64,000 nt of DNA from Felis catus (Eukaryota). The notes below the pieces were generated by a model. It ran no database searches. It had not been told where the DNA came from and worked only from the letters and a program-made list of their open reading frames with translations. The stretch spans positions 55,864,001 through 55,928,000 of the forward strand of contig NC_058382.1 of the NCBI RefSeq assembly GCF_018350175.1, read 5' to 3'. This document shows, piece by piece, positions 59,582 through 64,000 of the stretch. How positions within the stretch are numbered: position 1 is the first letter of the stretch; each line of letters begins with the position of its first letter. The translations under genes and the position numbers were made by a program.

Positions 59582-62500
59582 ATGACACTTGCAGTGAAGG
59601 AAACTGAGCATCAGGGACCTGTCTCCTTCAGGGACTAATTGGAAGAATCTAGGTCTTCTGATTCTATAGTGTTGCAATTTTATCGGGAGAGAGAGGTGGT
59701 GTGTATGCATTAAATTCCTTTTATGTGCCAGAATTTATTGTTCATTGTCTCCGTCTTTAGTCAGGAGGGTGTTGTTTCCCCACTTTACAGGTTTGGAGAC
59801 TGAGGCTCAGAGAGGGGAAGGCATTCAACAAAGCCACACGGGTAGTTGTAGGGGTAGAGCTGGGCTTATGGCTACCCATTCTATCTTGAGGGTTTTCTTT
59901 GCTCTCAGCGCCTTGTCATGGCCATGCCTTCAAAAAGGAAAGTCATGTGATTTCCCAGCAGGCACAATGAGAGGGTGATTCTGGCCTTGGATCTTAGGAT
60001 TCAGGATGGGTTATTGGTATTAACATTTGAACTGGCTGCTGTAAACGTGATCCTGGCCTGCAGGGAAGATCAGACATGACCGAGAATTCAGGAAGGACCA
60101 GCTCTCATTTGGGTCCTTTCATCTTGAAGGCTACAGGTTCGAGTTTGCACTTTGAAAGCAACAACTTGCTGCTGCCTTCCTTCTGCCAGTCACAGTCATC
60201 AAAGCAAAGTTCTCAGAACATGCTAACGTCTTAACACTTTCTAAGGAGATCGTTGTTCTGAGCAAGGCTCGGGTTCTGGGAAGGGAGGATCAAATTGTAG
60301 TGTTGGACCTCCATTTTTCTGGAGTCTTGTGCTTTGGGAAAGCATTATTGGTTTGTCATTCTGGGCTGTCACCAGTGACACCTCCAGGCTCTGAAAGGTT
60401 ACAGGAAAATAACAGACCCTCTGTCAGTTTCTAGCAGGTTCTATTTCTCACCTGGGCCAGGATTGTGCATGTGCTTTTTATTCATGACAAGATGAGAAAG
60501 CCTTGGTTAAATAAGGATCAGCTGCTCTTTATACGTCTTCTTTCCTGATTGATAGCATCAGAAAGCCATTCATCTGGTTTGAAGATAGACAGGTGGTTCC
60601 GTCACTATGCTGTGAGCTTTTGAAGTTTGCTCTGTGATGTGATTACGGCACATACTTAGCTTGTGCTCCAGGGGGTAAAGTTGACCTTTGATCCTACTCC
60701 TCATTTAAAAATCACAGATCTTGGAAAATGAACCAATCTAGGAAGATGCTGGAAGCTGCGTTTGCTGCTGAAGTTGGCTGTCGAACCAATTTAACTGGCC
60801 TGCTTTACCTAGAATTCTGATTCTTCTGATTAAAACTGATGACCTTTAGAGCCTTTTTTTTTCCTCAGCAAACTCTAGAGGACATCTGGTCTTTTGTGAG
60901 TTCCAATGGGAATCCCAGAATCATGGCGCTGCTGTGGGTTCCACATGCGGAAAGTGTGCTTAACACGGCATCGATCAGAAAAAATTCAAGAGCATTGTCC
61001 AGATTGAGGGTGCATGTTCTTTATCCTTCTCCTTCATTCATTCATTCATCCGTTCACTCCTACATTCATTCCACATTTGTAGAGTACTGATCATGTGCCA
61101 GTTCTGAGATGAGAGCTGGTGATTAGGAGGTAATCAAATTTAAATTTCTGATCCCAGGATATTATAATTCAGAAGGTGAAACAGACAAGATTGCCACCTT
61201 TGTCAAGGCAAGATGAAAGGGGCTGGGAGTAAGACCACTTTGGAAAACTGTTTGATTTTGGCTTTGGTACATACCACCAGACAGTTTTCCAAAGTGGTTA
61301 TAAAGTAGGCAGGAGGGGGGCTTCCGAGAACCTGACAGTGTTTTATTTTTTGACCTCAGTGCTGGTCGCATGGCCCCTTGTGGTAAATACTGTGTACTGA
61401 GGCTTTTGCACACTTTCTGTAATGCGGTGGTTTAATGTAAATGAAAAATAAAGAAGTAGGGTGTTAGCAGCCGCAGGCTCTCTGGGAGCACAGAGGAGAG
61501 ACTGGCCTTGCTTGGGGGAGGAGAGAAGAGAGAGAGAGAGATTGAGGAAGACTTTCTGGTGGACATGGTGTTTGAACTGGGCCCTGAAGGATCAACAGGA
61601 AGTAGGCAGTCAGAAAGCAGCATGGCAGCGCTTACACAAAACCCTCAGTGGGAAGGAAGGCATAGCATTGAGGGGCTGGCAGCTGGGGCTGAGGGGGGCA
61701 CTGGACTGCTTCATAGACTCCATGTCCTGAAGGCAGTGGGAGCCATGAGGGATTTTTAAGCAGTGGAGTGACTCTGTGCAGTCTGGGTTTTCCAACCATC
61801 AGTATGTTTGTGCCTTCCTGGGGGTGAGAGATGGGAGGCATGTAGGTCCCTTTGCCCCAGTCCCAGAGAGGAAGGCTGAAGACCCCATTGAAGGCCCTGA
61901 GGGAGCAGAGGAGGAGACAGATCAGACATCAGAAGACATCGTGAAATCAGCGAGGCATGTGAATAAACTCGAGGTGGGGGTCAGGGAAGCAATGGGGATC
62001 TCAGAAAGCTTCTTTTCCAGCCCGAATTCTGGTGAGAACTACTTGAGCCTGAGCATTGATTTCCCTTATTACATAAAAGCATGAAGGTCCTTATTAGTCA
62101 TTCCAGAAACATCTATTTCATGCCCACGATGTGCCAGGCAGTGTGGGAGGCTCTGAAGCTACAGTGACAGAAGACACCAGTCTTGCCCCCAAGGAGCCAC
62201 CTGTAGAGTGTGGGGCGACGGTGGGGCTGATTCTCTCTGCCTTCAACCTCAGATGGCATGCTTGAGATTACATGGTGGTGCTAGTTTCTTATTCCATTCA
62301 AGGTCAGTTCCCTGGCCCTTGCAGCGTCAGTGATAGGGCATTCCCCAAATCCCTTGCAGAAAGGATCATTCTTTCCCCTTGAGTAGATTTGAGCCAAGCA
62401 TATAATATTGCGTGAATGTTTGAAAACTTCTCCTGGTTCTCAGAATGCAATTCTGACAGTGCTGAAGGCTGCCAATTAAATGAAGATTTAGATAAAGGCT

Positions 62501-63885
62501 GTGTGGGAGAGGGAACGTAATATTCTTAAACCTAATAATGGTTTCCTTCTGTCTTTTTGAAGCTCTCAAATAATCCTGATTGACTGGCTCTCTGCTTTGG
62601 GCATTCCCATTTACTGGACAATTTAATAACATTTAAAATGTTTGACAACCTTTATTTGGGGGCAGACATCCCCAGGGGAGCAGGCTGTGGGTAAGGATAT
62701 GAATGCCGTGCAGTTAAAAAGAGGAACCAGGATTTAAATAGGTTCTTTTTACATTCAGAACAAGTCCCCTGCATGCTGCTTATCAGGGGTCACAGAAGGG
62801 GTGAGAACAGGCTCTCAGATTGTAATGTTAGACATGAGAAATGTGTAGAGACTGCCATGTGCCTTACCTTGAGCTAAGTGCTTTCCTCATATCACCTCAT
62901 TTACTCCTCAGGGCAGCAGTGAGGTGAGTTCTCTGACAGTACCCATTATGCAGATGAGGCAGCTGAGGCCCATGGCCCTGCAACTAATAATTCATGGGAC
63001 TGATAGTTCTCCAGCTTGGGCACATTCTCTTGGCTCTGGAGTATAGGGTGGGCTCCAGGGATTGGAGAGGGGGTTCAGAAAGAAATTCAAGACAATTACC
63101 CTCCCTTTCCCATTGTATCAGGGAATTCATCCATTCATACATTCATTTATTCAACACATTTATTGAGTTCCAGGTATGGTGAGCACTAAGAAAACAGCAA
63201 TGGACACAGCCAGGTCCCTGCTTCGTAGAGCTTTTGTTTTAGTGGTTGAAGCAAACAGTAAAGAAGGCCCATTAGTCATAAATGCTGCACAAACACCAAG
63301 ACGCCATGAGGGATAAAGTGTGATGAGGGTGCTTCCTTCAACAGTGTGGAAACAGTGTGGAAACTGAGGCCCAGAGTGGGCAAGGTCACCCGCATAGGAA
63401 GGAGTGGAAACAGGATGCCTTAAGGTAACAGCTCACCACTCAAGGGCTTTACATTTTAGCTAGCATTTAGTGGGCACCTGCTTTGTGCCAGGATCTTGAC
63501 AAGGTTCTAAGATGCCTAAGATGCCTAGACACACCCCTTAGACCCTGGCACATCTCCAGGCCAGCAGGGGAGACAGAGAATTAAGCAGAGAGTTAATGTG
63601 CAGAATGGCAAATGCTGGGCTGGTGGGATGAGCTCTGATTTTGATTTGGGAGTACAGAGAAAGAGCATCTGGCCCAGTGAGGGTGGGGCAGCCAAAAGGT
63701 GATATCTGAGCACCGTACTGGCACCATATTGGAGATAGTCAAACAAAGCTGGGAGTGTGGGGATGGAAAGGGGGATTCTAAGCAGAGAAATCAGTGGTTC
63801 ACAGGTATAGGGCGGAGGGAGAATGTCAGCCGGCTCAGCATGGCTGGAGAGAGGGACGCAGGAGTGCACCTGGTTGCATTTGAAT

Positions 63886-63886
<1 letters not shown>

Positions 63887-63933
<47 letters not shown>
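63887..63933 (+). repeat. (GT)n microsatellite
   Basis: Directly visible. Confidence 0.95.
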
Positions 63934-63934
<1 letters not shown>

Positions 63935-64000
63935 TGGTGATGAGATAGGAGGCTGGAGAGGGAGGTAGGGTTGCTCCTAGTTGCTTTCATTTTTTTCAAT

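Larger units (their letters stand above)
36511..64000 (+). other. CDH13: CDH13 intron 1 (5' part; continues beyond the window)
   Basis: GT donor at 36511. No downstream sequence recognisably encodes the expected exon-2 peptide (VLLLTSAEDLDC...). CDH13 is known to have a very long first intron. Confidence 0.85.

Overview
Mammalian genomic DNA, most likely from a cat-family (feliform) carnivore, because it carries several felid-type Can-SINEs and a carnivore L1. The only protein-coding sequence I can support is exon 1 of CDH13 (T-cadherin) on the + strand. Its ATG is at 36466, it has 15 signal-peptide codons and a GT donor at 36511, and it sits in a CpG island. About 36 kb of upstream intergenic DNA precedes it and about 27.5 kb of intron 1 follows; no exon 2 is visible. 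The rest is the usual mosaic of SINEs, a 5'-truncated L1, MaLR/ERV1 solo LTRs, hAT-derived MITEs, MIR/L2 relics and microsatellites. Repeat family names come from my memory of consensus sequences, and most repeat boundaries are approximate. I see no convincing new multi-gene system. The best leads are: (1) a near-perfect 47-bp-arm hairpin in intron 1, apparently made by inverted duplication inside a MIR; (2) a three-uAUG, dual-frame arrangement in the CDH13 leader; (3) three co-oriented CTCF-like motifs near 25 kb; (4) an orphan promoter-like module with a triplicated motif at 21.8-22.9 kb; (5) a duplicated SOX/FOX composite motif at 28.9 kb.
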